A stretch of 64,000 bases of DNA, from positions 10,354,001-10,418,000 of the forward strand of contig JBHGNT010000004.1 of assembly GCA_043228905.1 (NCBI GenBank). Direction: 5' to 3'. Positions 23,481-37,130 of this stretch are shown in pieces. A model generated the notes under the pieces. It was not told the DNA's origin, made no database searches, and saw only the letters and a list, made by a program, of their open reading frames with translations. The stretch's first letter is position 1, and the number at the start of each line of letters is the position of its first letter. The translations under genes were made by a program, and so were the position numbers. Source of the DNA: Azolla caroliniana. Its lineage: Eukaryota > Plantae > Polypodiophyta.

Positions 23481-26400
23481 TCAATTGAGACTCAAGGTGC
23501 ATAATCAAATGACCCTATAGAAAGCTAGACTATTAGTCCTCGTTTCATGCCCTTTGTACCGGTCAAATCCATGTTTACAAATCTGATATGTTAAAAACAT
23601 AAAAACAAGTATATGTATATCTCTTTGGCCTTGACAGTAGATACACATCAATTGTGTGCGCAAAATTTCAAGCATACAATATGTGTGACTTCAACGATTT
23701 ACATGTGATTCCTCATTGAGACAAGGATCGCCAATTAACGTTCAAGTACGAGCAATAAAATATTTGCTCATGGTTCCTCCTCATCTTTGTATCTCATGCA
23801 TATGATCTTATACAAAAACATTCTTTTTACTTTTTATAAAACAAACTTAAAAACTATATAATATATCATATTAGTAGTTCAAATCCAGAATTTAAACAAC
23901 AAAAGACCTCAATTAAATTCACAATTATAGATATAAAGCCGCAAGACTTACAAATGAGAACTAAACTAAAAGCTTAAGAGCTTAGAAGTAAAGCACGTTC
24001 TCACAAACAAGCACAATGATATTAAAAAACAAAAGAAAATGTTAAATGATTTTTTTATTTCTCGCTTAAACATAGTTAAGCACAATGTTTAAACCATCCA
24101 AGTAAAATATTAAGGTGCTAACTCCCTTCCTAGATAGACATGCTCCTTGCTATTTATTTAACTTGTTTTCCATATATAAATAGAGCATGTCCAAAGTGTT
24201 AATATTATCATGAATATAATTTATTATGAAGTATCATATATATTTATAAAACCCTACATGTAACCACCACATTGTATTATGTAGTAATTCCTTTGCTCTA
24301 CTCTTATCCACTGTCACCAATGCTTGCTGAATCTCAGGACCCTCCATATGAAATTCCAAAGGAAATAGAGAAGTCCTGGATGAAATTTGGGTAGTCTTTT
24401 TTTTTCCAAAAAATAAATTTGGGCAGTCATTGATTTTCATGGCTTAAAAGTTGTGATAATTTTGTTATAAATCCCCTAGGGTATATGTGTACTTGATCTC
24501 CGAAAACCTCCACCCATGATGCGAGTTACCCTTAATTCGAAGGGACTTTTAAAAATAGGGAGATTCACTATACCATGTAATAGGCTTTCTAAAAGTATGA
24601 TTTCATATGTTCGAGTCCACATATATATATACTAAATGCATCAACATTCACATGAGGCACGGTGTTTTTGAAAAAACAAAATACACATGTTGAGATTTAT
24701 GACAAGAGCACCTAATTTTTGAGCCGGGAAAATCAAGGTTGGCCCCAACGCATATATATGTATATAGATATATGTAGGGTAATTACGAAAAAATAAGTTG
24801 GCATACTTTTTAAAATTCTAATATGTGGCAACATATTCTTGTAAACAATTCCCTAGAAACAAACGCATGATGTGTGCATCTTGCGTGTAAATCGATTATA
24901 ACTCCGTTGATTCATGGTATTTGTTGAGAAGGCATGTATTCCTAGAATTCGTTTGAGCAATTTATGATGGAACCAATTTGGATTTATTCCTCAACTTATG
25001 AAAGACCTTTCTAATAACAAAGACTATTTCCATCGTATTCGATGCTTGAGTTGTCTCGAAGCGGGGCCACCTTCATGTTATTGTTGTAGTTTGTAGATAT
25101 CTAAAATCATAACAATTATTGATCACATATACTTATATTCTTGTTTTTTTGCATAAATACCACACTAGCCACTTGGTTGTACGGAAAAAATTTATCTTAT
25201 TGTATAAAAGGATTTTATCGATACGTAAAGTTTAGTGGCATTATTTAGCAAAAATTCCATGTGGTTAAAAGAAAAACAATCAAGGAGACCTTGATGCTTG
25301 TTTGACACATTTCAACGTATCCCTAGAAAATGTTTCAAATGAATTAATTAATCTCCTCAAATGCCCCTAAGTGATGCCTCATATGCTTTCACAACACACA
25401 AGTATTCTTGTGTGATATGATGTGTATCTCTACTCCCATGATTGCTTACACATGAGGTAATCAATCTTTATATTTAGGAATCAACACGTGTATTCTATCC
25501 ATGATGGAGATGGCACTCGATAATCCGTCTTCACACATAACACTTTGTGTTTAAGGAAATTGAGCAATTTGTAGGCATAATCTTGCGGTGGTAATATTTC
25601 CTTTTGATCATGCTCAAGCAATTGTATTGCTTGATTCCTGTCAATGCATGCATGGCTTAAATTTCATGTCATAGGGATGTATGGATTAATATAGTAATGG
25701 TTGCACACATCAAAGAAAGGCACATGAGCGAGTTCAATCCAATGTACGAATCTCGATGACCCAAATCGATCAGCATAAAAAAAGTAAGGCCACATGCCAT
25801 ACAAAAAGGTAGTCGCTTATTTAAAGCCTTACTTTTCTTAAAAGCCCACCCATCACCATCTAGGGACTGAAAATATAGCATAAAGGAAATAGGAGAGAAT
25901 TATTTTGCAAAAAGATACCCCCCAATTAAAAAACAAAAGGCTACACCAAGATACACGACAAATCCTATTCGTAGAGGGTTTTGCATTGAAAGCGAAAATC
26001 AAGCCCTACATATAAAGAGGAAAACATGTGCCATGACTTATGGGTTTACTCCTTCGCTATTAAGTTAATTCACGTGCTTTTAGGTAGGTATGTAGTTCCT
26101 TCACAAAGAACATTGTGCATGAATGACCCTTATCGCGATTTTGTTCACATTGTTTTGTTATGTTGGAAATTTGTTGTTTCGAAAAGCAACAAGTTTCTTC
26201 ATATCCTTTTTCCTGACAAGTTTTACTTTTCATGTTTTTGAAGAATAGCACTTTCTCAGAGGGGCATGTTTGAGGATACCAATGTGTGTTGTGTTTAATC
26301 CTCATTATCCACTTCGTGGTGTTGCATAATAAACTACTACAATTGATGAGACTTTAATCAGATTGTATGGTATAACACAACACAATGGTTAGAACTAGGA

Positions 26401-26820
26401 TTCATCTCTTATAGATGAACACGAGACCATCGAGTAAATAAAAACCCAATTCAATGGGTTAATATAAAACAATGCTTGCCACTAGGGTACATCTCTAATA
26501 TATGAAGAAGAGATTCCCAAGTATATGAGACTCCAAAAGTGCACGAGGAGTTCAATGTAATTTGATTTAAACTACTTGGTTCCATGAAGTTCCTATAAAC
26601 TGGAAACACAACTAGCGCAAGAAACAATCAAAACTTGAAAAAAGGACAAACTAGACATATTGCACCTAGGTTTGTATGGTTTCCAATGGAAACTATTAAG
26701 TCTAATGCACAACCCCTACATTTTGTAGTGGCATCCACTAAATTAGTTTATTCATGGATATTTGAAGCCTACATTATAGGGGTAATAAAACATGGCTAAT
26801 TTCTAGTGTGGAACCCTAAT

Positions 26821-26833
26821 GCATGCATGCATG

Positions 26834-26916
<83 letters not shown>
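26821..26916. repeat. Compound microsatellite (GCAT)n(GT)n(GA)n
   Basis: Directly visible. Confidence 0.95.
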
Positions 26917-26921
<5 letters not shown>

Positions 26922-28189
26922 GTTGTCTCCCTGAGATCATATAATGAATGTTGAGAGCAAGGCAAAATATGGGTGAATTTCATTCATCAAGTCATAAGGT
27001 CATCCATTAGATAATGTCAACATGACGACGACAATTTGTGGTCCATTGGTGGGAGACAAAATCATGAAGCAAATATGAGATTGCCATTAGATAGGAGTAT
27101 ATATGGATTCACATTCTCTTGTCTTTTTCACTATTGTAAAAATGCCCACTTCAGAAGTAGAAACTAATTGAGCTTCATACGATAAAAAAGTTGTTAGAAT
27201 TGAATTAGTCACCAACAACACTATGAAATATTTCATTGTGTTTCTCTTACACGAGGACATACATACATACATACATACAAGACGACGAATTGATGCCTAT
27301 GTAATCAAGGTGCCAATCCAAAGTGGAAATAATGCATATTTGCTCCCTTCTTGTTGGTGGGTTGACCTAGGAGAAGGAAGTTGGTCGTGATTGAGCCTCT
27401 ATGCTAACTTGGCTCATGAATATTGATATGTGGGTTGGTGCTTCTCTTGTGAGCATTTGTATGTTTGGGTTTCTTTAGAAAGGAAGGAGCCTTGTACATC
27501 TCACTCGTTTTCCTTGACGTCAAACACGGGATTGAAGTCTACCAAGGGAGGGCATCTCTAGCTAGTGTTACGTAAGATCGATTGTATGCCATGTCCTAGA
27601 AACCAATTCATGTAAGAGAGTTGGTTGCCTGGTTTGAGGGCATTGTTGACTTGGGGATGTTTCATAATCAACAACAACAACACCACGGCCACGACAGGCG
27701 TTGTGGCATGAATCATCACCATTTAATCTAGAGTCAATCAATGTGATCGAATTTTCCTTCCTTCCTTGGCAAGCTTCTTGCAAGGGGCTAATAATATAAG
27801 CTACCACATGGGAACGGACAAATGCCCCACGACCATCCATTCGAGGGCCCCCCCAAAATAACACTACTACTACTACTACTACTACAATCCGAATCAACAT
27901 GGACCACATCAATGGCACGATTGTGTCAATGAGGACACTTGCACAGACCCTCTCTCTCAATTGGCATTAGTCACGGATGGTCCGTCCATCCATCCATCCA
28001 TTGCCCATAGCCATCATCACCGAGGTCATTCGGGCCACATTCGGACCCTCATTCTCTCTCTCTCTCTCTAGTAGTAGTTGTAGCGGTAGTGGTGGTATGG
28101 TACACACACAATGGGAGGGAGAGGTGAAGAATGGTGACGTCATCCGCACACTCTGCTTCCCTGGGGTGTTATCATGACAACCCATCACT

Positions 28190-28262
28190 GTCATCATCAT
28201 CATCATCATCACCACCATCACCATCGCCATCACCATGATGATGATGATGATGATGATGATGG
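28190..28262. repeat. (TCA)n ... (ATG)n inverted trinucleotide repeats upstream of the kinase
   Basis: (TCA)7 at 28191-28211 and (ATG)9 at 28235-28261 are reverse complements. A C23 run follows at 28369-28391. Confidence 0.9.
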
Positions 28263-28491
28263 CCCACCACTTCTCAGTCAAGCTCCCATGGTGTTCTCTT
28301 TGATCACCACCATCGCTCATCACCTGCAATCCTTTCTCCCTTTTCACTTCTGGGTTTCTCCTCTGTCTCCCCCCCCCCCCCCCCCCCCCCCTGCCCAATC
28401 CCCCATCGCCATTATCGTTTCTTTCCTTCGCATTTTGGCCATGCCCATGCCTATGCTTTCTTCATGTTATAGTTAGCCAGGCCATCTTGAG

Positions 28492-30840
28492 ATGGGGTTA
28501 CAGGTGCAAGCCTTGGAGCAGGTGGGCGTGAAATCATCACCTCAGGATCAAAAGCTCCAAGCAAAGATTAAAAAAGAAAAAGAATGTGCTTGTTGTTTCT
28601 GGTCTTTCCTCCTGCCTGAGTTATACTGTGGCAACTTCCGTTGGTTTAAAAACCCTAATTCGAAAGTCGGATCCAAGAGAAGTACCGGTATAAGGGGAAA
28701 GACGAGATCAATGAATAATTTAAATGCAGGTTTGTTTGTTCTTGTGTGCGTGTGTGCGCGTGTTTCACAACTAATGTTTTCATGTCGATACGGTGTTCTG
28801 GCTATGGATATTGTAAATTTGTAAGCATTTAGGGGCTTTGTGAAGCGCGGCTTACTGAACATTCACCCCTGAAGGGTGACTGGTCTATGTGGTGGTATAG
28901 GCATCGTGATGGTGTAAATGGTTATGCTAATATGAATGGCGATGGGGATAGATTTACTGTACATTTTTAGTCATAACTTAGGCTTAAAGACCCATGATTC
29001 ATGAACCCCTAAAACTTCTGGAAATTATGTTGATTCATACCATGGAAATTTCAGCCCTTTGAATTTTATGTTCTAAATCCCAATGGATGCGACGTTTTAT
29101 ACTGTTTTTTTGGCAGGAAATCTGAGCTCTCAAAACAGTGCTTCGTCTTTTACTCTACCACCAACTGAACAATCAATTGAATCGGATAGTTCTGCTCAAT
29201 CAGACGGCACTGAAACTAATTCTGTTATATCGAAGACCGAAGAACTGATCACATCGTCCCATTTAAGGAGGTTTTGCTTTACTGACCTAAAGTCGGCCAC
29301 GAGGAATTTCCGACCTGATAGTCTATTAGGAGAAGGAGGGTTTGGGTGTGTATTCAAGGGATGGATCGATGAACATGGAACAATGCCTGTGAAGCCTGGA
29401 ACTGGTCTCACTGTTGCAGTGAAAACCCTGAACCACAGTGGATTACAAGGCCACAAAGAATGGATGGTATGCATCATCATTTCTTCTTCTTTTTTGTGTT
29501 GTATTGGGGTGGCATCACACTATATCCCTAACATTAGTGGGTTATGGGTATCTACCAGAAATCTTCTATATTTTTGCAATGATTTAGTTCTACCAGAGGG
29601 GTGTTTTGTTAAATATCCTAAAACTGTAAGGGTATTTTGCTTCTTTTGTCCTTTGTTTTTGACATGGTTGAATCACAATTTCCTTTCACCGGACCAAGCA
29701 TCATTTTTATCTCATTCTTACCTACGGTTTTGTTTCTGTTTCAGGCAGAGGTCACGTTTCTTGGGCAGCTTCATCATCCAAATCTTGTTAAGTTGATTGG
29801 TTTTTGCATTGAAGATGATCATCGACTCCTCGTCTACGAGTTCATGCAACGAGGAAGCCTTGAGAATCACCTATTCCGAAGTATGCAACATGGCATTAAA
29901 ACTATTATAGCTAAAAAAATGTGGTTGTTCTTTCACTGCATATTGTGTTCCACTTTGTTTCGATTAGTGAAAGGAACAAATTTGATGCAGAAGGGTCCTT
30001 GCCACTCCCATGGAATACAAGGATGAAGATTGCGTTAGGAGCTGCAAAGGGGGTTGAGTTTCTTCACAGTGGAAAGAAACCAGTTATTTATCGCGATTTC
30101 AAGACATCCAATATCCTTCTCGATTCAGTATGAGTTTTATCTTTTAGTTCTCTATTCCTATCTATATGTGAAACATGGTGCACGAATGACGTATGTAAGA
30201 GTGCAGGACTATGAAGCCAAGCTTTCTGACTTTGGCCTTGCAAGGGATGGTCCACAAGGAGACAAGAGCCATGTCTCCACTCGTGTTATGGGTACATATG
30301 GATATGCGGCGCCAGAGTATGTTATGACTGGTAAGTTATGCAAACAAAAAAACAAAAACATCATAACAAAAGTATCTGAAATAAGGTATCATTTTTTAGC
30401 CTTTGATTTATTTTGGTCCTTGAATTCCAGGTCATTTGAGTTCGAAAAGCGATGTATATAGTTTTGGTGTAGTACTACTTGAGATACTAACAGGGAAGAG
30501 GTCTATGGATAAAACAAGGCCCAACGGTCAACACCATTTGGCAGAATGGGCGAGGCCATATTTGAGTGATCGGAGAAAATTTTTAAGCATTATTGATCGT
30601 CGGCTTGAGGGTCATTATTCAATCAAAGGAGCACAAAAAGCTGGCCACCTAGCCTATAAGTGTGTGAATCGAGATCCTAAAGAGCGACCATCAATGACCG
30701 ATGTTGTACATGTGTTAAGTCACTTACAAAATCTGAATGATATCGCTAATTCAAATTATTTTCCAGAAAGTTCAGCATATGAGAAACAAGCTCATGGACA
30801 GGGGCCAGTGGGATATGCATCGACAAGGAGGGGTGTTTGA
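28492..30840 (+). CDS. Receptor-like cytoplasmic Ser/Thr kinase, RLCK-VII (PBL34/35/36-like), ~464 aa; exons 28492-28729, 29117-29466, 29745-29880, 29991-30127, 30207-30330, 30431-30840
   Basis: All five introns are GT-AG and phase-compatible (1395 nt total). Motifs [64 protein letters not shown] and [14 protein letters not shown]-terminal MG and a Cys cluster. Exon 1 is the least certain. Confidence 0.92.
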
Positions 30841-32294
30841 ATTGATCTAATACATACATAATAACCCTTGTTCTTTATATTCCTAGGCATTGATGATGGG
30901 GTTTTAACATTATACAAGCTAAAGGCCATTTGCCAAATCGCGCGTTCTCTCCACCTTGAGCCTTTTTTTGCCATTTCTGTGGAATGGATTCTAGTCGGAG
31001 GTATATTCCGGTTGAAATGTTTTCTATATATGTTGTCTGTGGCTCGGTGAAGTATACGAAGAATGCTCAGCTAGTTTTCTACTTCCATCATTACAGACTT
31101 TAGTTGTCATTTGCTTCATGCGATTGCCATGTGCAAGCCAGTGATAAATAGAATATTCGTAAGTTTGAATTGATTGGCATGGACAAAGCTGTTCTTGTGT
31201 TTCCACTTGAACCTCCTGTTAAAAACTAGCTTTACATTTGTAATTACAGAAATAAGCCTCCATGTGGAGGATTAGCATGTGAATGCGACGACATACATTT
31301 GTGGTTTCATCAATCATGACCATAATGCTGTGTATGGTAAGATTGTTCTTATCGTGTTCATGAGTATGGAGGAGCTAGAAAAGAAGACTATAACTATTCA
31401 GCTTTTGCAAGAGCAATTGACAGCAAGCGACCATATGCTAATTCTATACATCCCAATGCTAATGATTTACAAGTACAAATTGTTATATGTTTATTAGATA
31501 TATATATATATATATATATACAGTAATGTCGAATTCTTAAATACAAACCATGCAATAGTGTGTAACCTTGGTAGGGATAAAACACACCATTCTATGAATC
31601 ATTTGCCTTTTGTCTCAAGGACAAAGACAATTGACTCTTGAATCACATAGCTCTATACGTTCACATTAAATCTTGGCCTCATATGGCCATAATCTCTATG
31701 CTAGTAGTTACTCACATGATAATATTCTGTTGCAAAGGGTAATGAGACATTCACATTTCAAATGTTGTAAGATCTTGGATATGGACACATTGTGGATTCT
31801 ATTTGCATTTAAATTTTGTGAATGACTAATTTTCTTGTGTTGTGGTAGAAAAGCAGTAGTACAAACTTTCCTTTTACAAATATGATAGGAGTTGGGGAAG
31901 AATATGAATTCGAATAAAACATGTGTACCGCATCTAGATTTGGAAAGACTACTCCGTAGCAAGAAAAATGCTGCCAAGTAGCCTCAATTAAGAAAATAAA
32001 ACACAAAGGTGGTAGAGGTATATTGGGGAATGTTGAATGTGGAGGCAATATGCAAATTTTTCAAAGCATCTGAAATAGGAAGTTCAATGTCTAGCATTTC
32101 CATTAGAGATAGAATAATTCTTGCAAGAGAAACATGTTTTAATGGAGTATACAATGGATATAAAATTCAACCAACCCACACAAGAAAAAAGAAACAAAGA
32201 GAAGGTATTGTTGTTTTCACATGAGAAGACGATTTATATTAGTAATAAAGAGAAACCTATAGGTGAAGGAAGTTTTATCAATCACGAGGATATT

Positions 32295-32580
32295 GACCCG
32301 GCTACGGAGAGCCGGATGATGCAGACCCGGTATGAACCGGATGAGGAGTACCCGGCTACGGAGAGTTGGATGATGCAGACCCGGTATGAACCGGATGAGG
32401 AGTACCCGGCTACGGAGAGCCGGATGATGTAGACCCGGTATGAACTAGATGGTGCAGGCCCGGTACGAACCGGATGAGGGGTACCCGGCTACGGAGAGCC
32501 GGATGATGCAGACCCAGTATGAACCGGATGAGTACCCGGCTACGGAGAGCCGGATGGTGCAGACCCGGTATGAACCGGAG
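32295..32580 (+). repeat. 54-bp minisatellite in U3 of the F LTR (second copy at ~37432-37665)
   Basis: Unit ACCCGGCTACGGAGAGCCGGATGATGCAGACCCGGTATGAACCGGATGAGGAGT; the 5' LTR has one more unit than the 3' LTR. Confidence 0.88.
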
Positions 32581-33068
32581 GAAGAGACATATTCGTAAAT
32601 ATGTTTCTGAGAGCCCATCGTGGCTACATTTGTAAATAGCCGAAAAGTCATATTAGTATAAATATGACTTAGGGCAAACTAAGTAGGTGGTTGTTATTCT
32701 TCCTTGTTGGTGCAAGAAGAAGAGAGAGCGCGCAACTGTATAGAGAGGGAGAGAGAGACGAGGTCTTTGCCTTTGTTGTAACCGCCGCCTGTGGCGAAGG
32801 TCGTGAGCACGACGAGGTCGTTGCCTCCGTGAACTCACAGTTTTGTACATTCTTACATAGTGACAGTTTGCAGCCCGTGGGCTGCCGTGGTTTTTCCCCT
32901 AGTTTGGGGTTTTCCACGTAAACCTCCTGTGTATTTGTCTTCCTATTTGTGTCGTGTTCTATTTCCTATTTTCTGTGTATGAAAATAATTTCGGTTGTGG
33001 CCGAGTGTTGTGCATAAGGAACGTTGGGTTCCCGACAAGTGGTATCAGAGCGAATTTGACACATAAAA

Positions 33069-36000
33069 ATGGACGAATCATTTGGCGGCATGTTCAAGCT
33101 CACCGGCTCCAACTATTCAGTATGGAAGTCGAAGATGAGGGACATGCTCGTTGTTAAAGACCTCTGGCTGCCGGTTCAGTTCGGGGACAAGAGACCGGAC
33201 AAAATCGACGCCGCGATATGGGAGGTGATGCACATGAAGACAACGGCGTACATACGGTGCTTCATCGACATGAGCCTATACAACAACTTCAATGAAGAGA
33301 GCAAGGCTCATGAGCTCTGGGAGAAGATCAACATAATGTTTCAGAACAAAAATGCTGTCAATCAGGTGTCGGTATTCCGGAAGCTAGTAAGACTCCGGTA
33401 CCAAGATGGCTCCAGCATGGCGGAGCACATGAATGCCTTCCAGGGGCTGATCCACCAGGCTACTTCATTGGAAGTACCTCTCGCCGATGAGGTACTAGCG
33501 CTACTCCTGCTCGGTTCCCTCCCGGATAGCTGGGAGACATTGATTGTCACTTTGGGCAACGCCGGGCCGGAAGGAAAACGGTTATCCCTAGCAAGAGTAA
33601 AGTCGAGCTTTTTAGATGAGGAGGCGCGTCGGAAAGACAAAGATACGAGCTCCGACTCCAAAGCGCTTCTTACCAAATCGGAACGCGGAAGACAGAGAAA
33701 CCGTAGTCCCCAGAACCGGGAGAAGTCGGGGACACGGTCAAAGTCAAGGGGAAGGCCTACTTGCTTCTATTGCGGCAAGCCGGGACACTTCCAAAAGAAC
33801 TGTCGGCATTTCCGTAAAGACAAGGAAACCGACGGTACTGATTCGAAGCAAACCCCGGACCGGAACGGTAAAGACCGAAACGGTAAAGACCGGAGGGGGC
33901 CGGACCGGAAGGGAACGACGGCAATCGCGGCAAGTGAAGAAGAGTTGATGCTCATCACTGAGGAGTGTGAGATAAACCTTGCCGGCGACGAGATGACCTG
34001 GGTGGTAGACTCTGGAGCGTCATTCCACCTTACCCCGGACCGGAAATGCTTCTCATCCTATTCAGCCGGTGATCACGGCTGTGTCCGGATGGGGAATGAA
34101 GGAACATGCCGAATTGTCGGCATAGGAGACGTGTGGTTGACAACACCAACCGGATGCAAGTTGCTGCTGAAGGATGTACGACACGTTCCGGAAGTTCGTC
34201 TGAACCTGATATCAGCCGGTTGGCTAGATGATGAAGGCTACACGGGTAGCATCCGGAACGGTGTCATGAAGTTCAGCAAAGGGAGCCTGATTGTGGCTCG
34301 GGCCCGGAAGGTAAACACACTGTACCTGATGAATGCCCGGTTATGTCCGGAAGAAGTGAACGTGGCATCCGACACTGCCGGTGAGCTGTGGCACAAGAGG
34401 CTGTGTCATATGAGCGAGAAGGGGATGAAGAGGCTTGTAGACGACAACCTCATTCCAGTGAAGAATGTGCACTTAGAGAAGTGCACTGACTGTCTGGCCG
34501 GTAAGCAGAACCGGACCTCCTTCCGACCAAGGCCACCGATGAGACGTAATGCACCACTGGAGTTGGTGCATACGAATGTGTGTCAAGTAGACACGAAGTC
34601 ATATGCCGGAGCGCAGTACTTCGTGACGTTCATAGATGACCATAGCCGGAAGCTGTGGGCCACACCGTTGAAGACGAAGGATCAGGTGTTATCCGTCTTC
34701 AAAGAGCTCCATGCGAGAGTGGAAAGAGAAACCGGCCGGAAGCTGAAGGCGGTTCGAGCAGATAACGGAGGAGAGTACCGGGGGCAGTTCGAGGAGTACT
34801 GCCGCTCGAAGGGAATCCGGCTCGAATTTACCGTGCCGAAGACGCCGGAACTAAACGGACTGGCCGAGAGGATGAACCGGACCATAATGGAGAGGGTCCG
34901 GAGTATGCTAGCACATGCAAAACTACCCAAGAAGTTTTGGGCTGAGGCACTGTTGACGACGACATACGTGATAAATAGATCACCCTCAGTACCCTTGGAC
35001 GGAGACACGCCACAGAGAGTGTGGACCGGTAAGGAAGTATCCTACCGGCATCTGAAGGTGTTCGGGTGTCTCGCGTACGTGCATGTAGCAAAGGACCGGA
35101 GAGGAAAATTAGATCCAAAGACCCGGCCATGCATATTCCTCGGTTACGGTGACGATGAGTTCGGCTACCGAGTGTGGGACCCGGTCGACAAGAAGGTATT
35201 CCGGAGTCGAGATATTATCTTCATGGAGGACAAGACGCTCGTCAACTGGGAGTCGGAGAAGAAGATAATGAACTCCGAGTCGACTGGTAAGGATAGACTC
35301 TATGATGAGCAGACCCAACCGGCAAGAGACCGGTTAGCAATCGAGGAACCAGCCGGTTACGGTGAGGATACCGAACCAGCAGAAGAAGAGGTAGAGGAAG
35401 TTGAGACCGGAACCGGCCAAGACCCCGAATCAGATTCGGATGAAGAGCAAATGGAGGAGCCGGTTACCGAAGCCCGAAGACGGAGATATCCTCTCAGAGA
35501 GAGAAGGCCCCCCTGGAGATTTCCGGATGCAGAGCATGTTCTGCTGACCGATGAGGGGGAGCCGGAAAGCTTCGAAGAAGTGAAGGAAGACACCCACAGC
35601 CGAAAATGGTTAAGTGCCATGCAGGATGAGATGGATTCCCTGCATGAGAGCCATACGTATGAATTGGTGGAGTTGCCGAAAGGAAAGCGGGCACTCCGAA
35701 ACAAGTGGGTGTACAAGTTGAAACCGGGAGATGCCGGCAACCCCCCGAGATACAAAGCCAGGATCGTGGTGAAGGGGTTCCAACAGAAGAAGGGCGTGGA
35801 CTTCGACGAGATATTTGCCCCGGTAGTAAAGATGACCTCCATCCGGACGATGCTGAGTATAGCAGCAAGCATGGACCTCGAGGTAGAGCAGCTGGATGTG
35901 AAGACGACATTGCTTCACGGCGACCTCGAAGAGGAGATCTACATGCAGCAACCGGAAGGATTTGTGGAGAAAGGGAAGGAGCACCTGGTATGCCGGTTGA

Positions 36001-37130
36001 AGAAGAGCATGTACGGACTGAAGCAGGCTCCCCGGCAATGGTACTAGAAGTTCGACTCCTTCATGACCGATCAAGGGTACCACAAGACGCAGGCCGATCA
36101 CTGCGTGTTTGTGAAGAAGTTTGAAGGAGGCGACTTCCTGATACTCCTCCTGTACGTGGATGACATGTTGATCGTTGGACGAGACCAAGGAAAAATACGG
36201 ATGCTGAAGAAGGCTCTCAACCGAACCTTCTCAATGAAAGACTTGGGTCCGGCAAGACAGATGTTGGGGATGCACATCATTCGGGACCGGTCTGTGAAGC
36301 AATTATGGCTGTCACAGGAGAAGTATGTGACAAAGGTGCTTCACCGGTTCAACATGTCAGAAGCAAAACCGGTCGAATCGACACTTCCGGCAAACTGCAA
36401 GCTGTCCGGCAAGCAAAGCCCGAAGACGAGAGGAGAGAAGGCAGATATGATGAAGATTCCATATGCCTCTGCCGTCAGGAGCTTGATGTACGCAATGGTT
36501 TGTACCCGACCGGACATTGGATACGCAGTCGGAGTGGTGAGCCGGTTTATGAGCAATCCCGGCAAGGAGCACTGGAACGCGGTCAAGTGGATACTCCGGT
36601 ATTTGAAGGGCACTTCAAATATGTGTCTCCGATTCGGCTCCGGAAAACCTCAACTGGACGGTTTCACCGATTCGGACATGTCGGCTGATGTGGATACCAG
36701 CCGGTCTACATCCGGGTATGTAATGACATATGCAGGGGGAGCTGTTTCGTGGCAGTCGAGGCTGCAGAAGACGGTTGCATTGTCAACCACAGAGGCGGAG
36801 TACATGGCGGCTGTGGAAGCCGGCAAGGAAATATTATGGATAAAGGACTTCATCGGAGAGCTCGATATCCGGCAAGAGGAATACCGACTCTACTGCGACA
36901 GTCAAAGTGCCATCCACCTTGCTAAGAATGCGGCCTACCATTCCCGGACGAAGCATATCCAGCGGAGGTATCACTGGATCCGGGAAAGAGTAGATGACCA
37001 GGAGTTCGCACTGACGAAGATCCACACGGCCGAGAACGGGTCAGATATGCTGACCAAAGTGCTGACACCCGACAAGCTGGACGCATGCCGGAAGAGGATC
37101 GGACTGGGAAGACACCCCATGCCGGAGTGA
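33069..37130 (+). pseudogene. Copia F gag-pol with a single in-frame stop (36045-36047)
   Basis: ORFs 33069-36047 and 36063-37130 are in the same frame. All Copia domains are present; QWY*KF corresponds to QWYRKF in E. Confidence 0.92.

Noticed and set aside
24400-26400. Possible decayed DNA-transposon coding remnants on the minus strand
   Set aside because: Only short stop-riddled frames, with no motif I can identify confidently and no TIR or TSD; needs tBLASTx/HMM search.
28174-28476. His/Asp-rich ORF as a metal-binding protein gene
   Set aside because: Its composition is fully explained by trinucleotide and poly-C repeats; kept only as a possible uORF.
32028-32032. GAATG as the left TSD of Copia F
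   Set aside because: It is not followed by the LTR start TGTTGGGAGA, and no Copia G sequence lies to its left; likely chance.
32295-32580. Regularly spaced repeats resembling a CRISPR array or a repeat protein (PATESRMMQTRYEPDEEY)
   Set aside because: Head-to-tail 54-bp units with no unique spacers, inside both LTRs of a Copia; the ORFs are by-products of the minisatellite.
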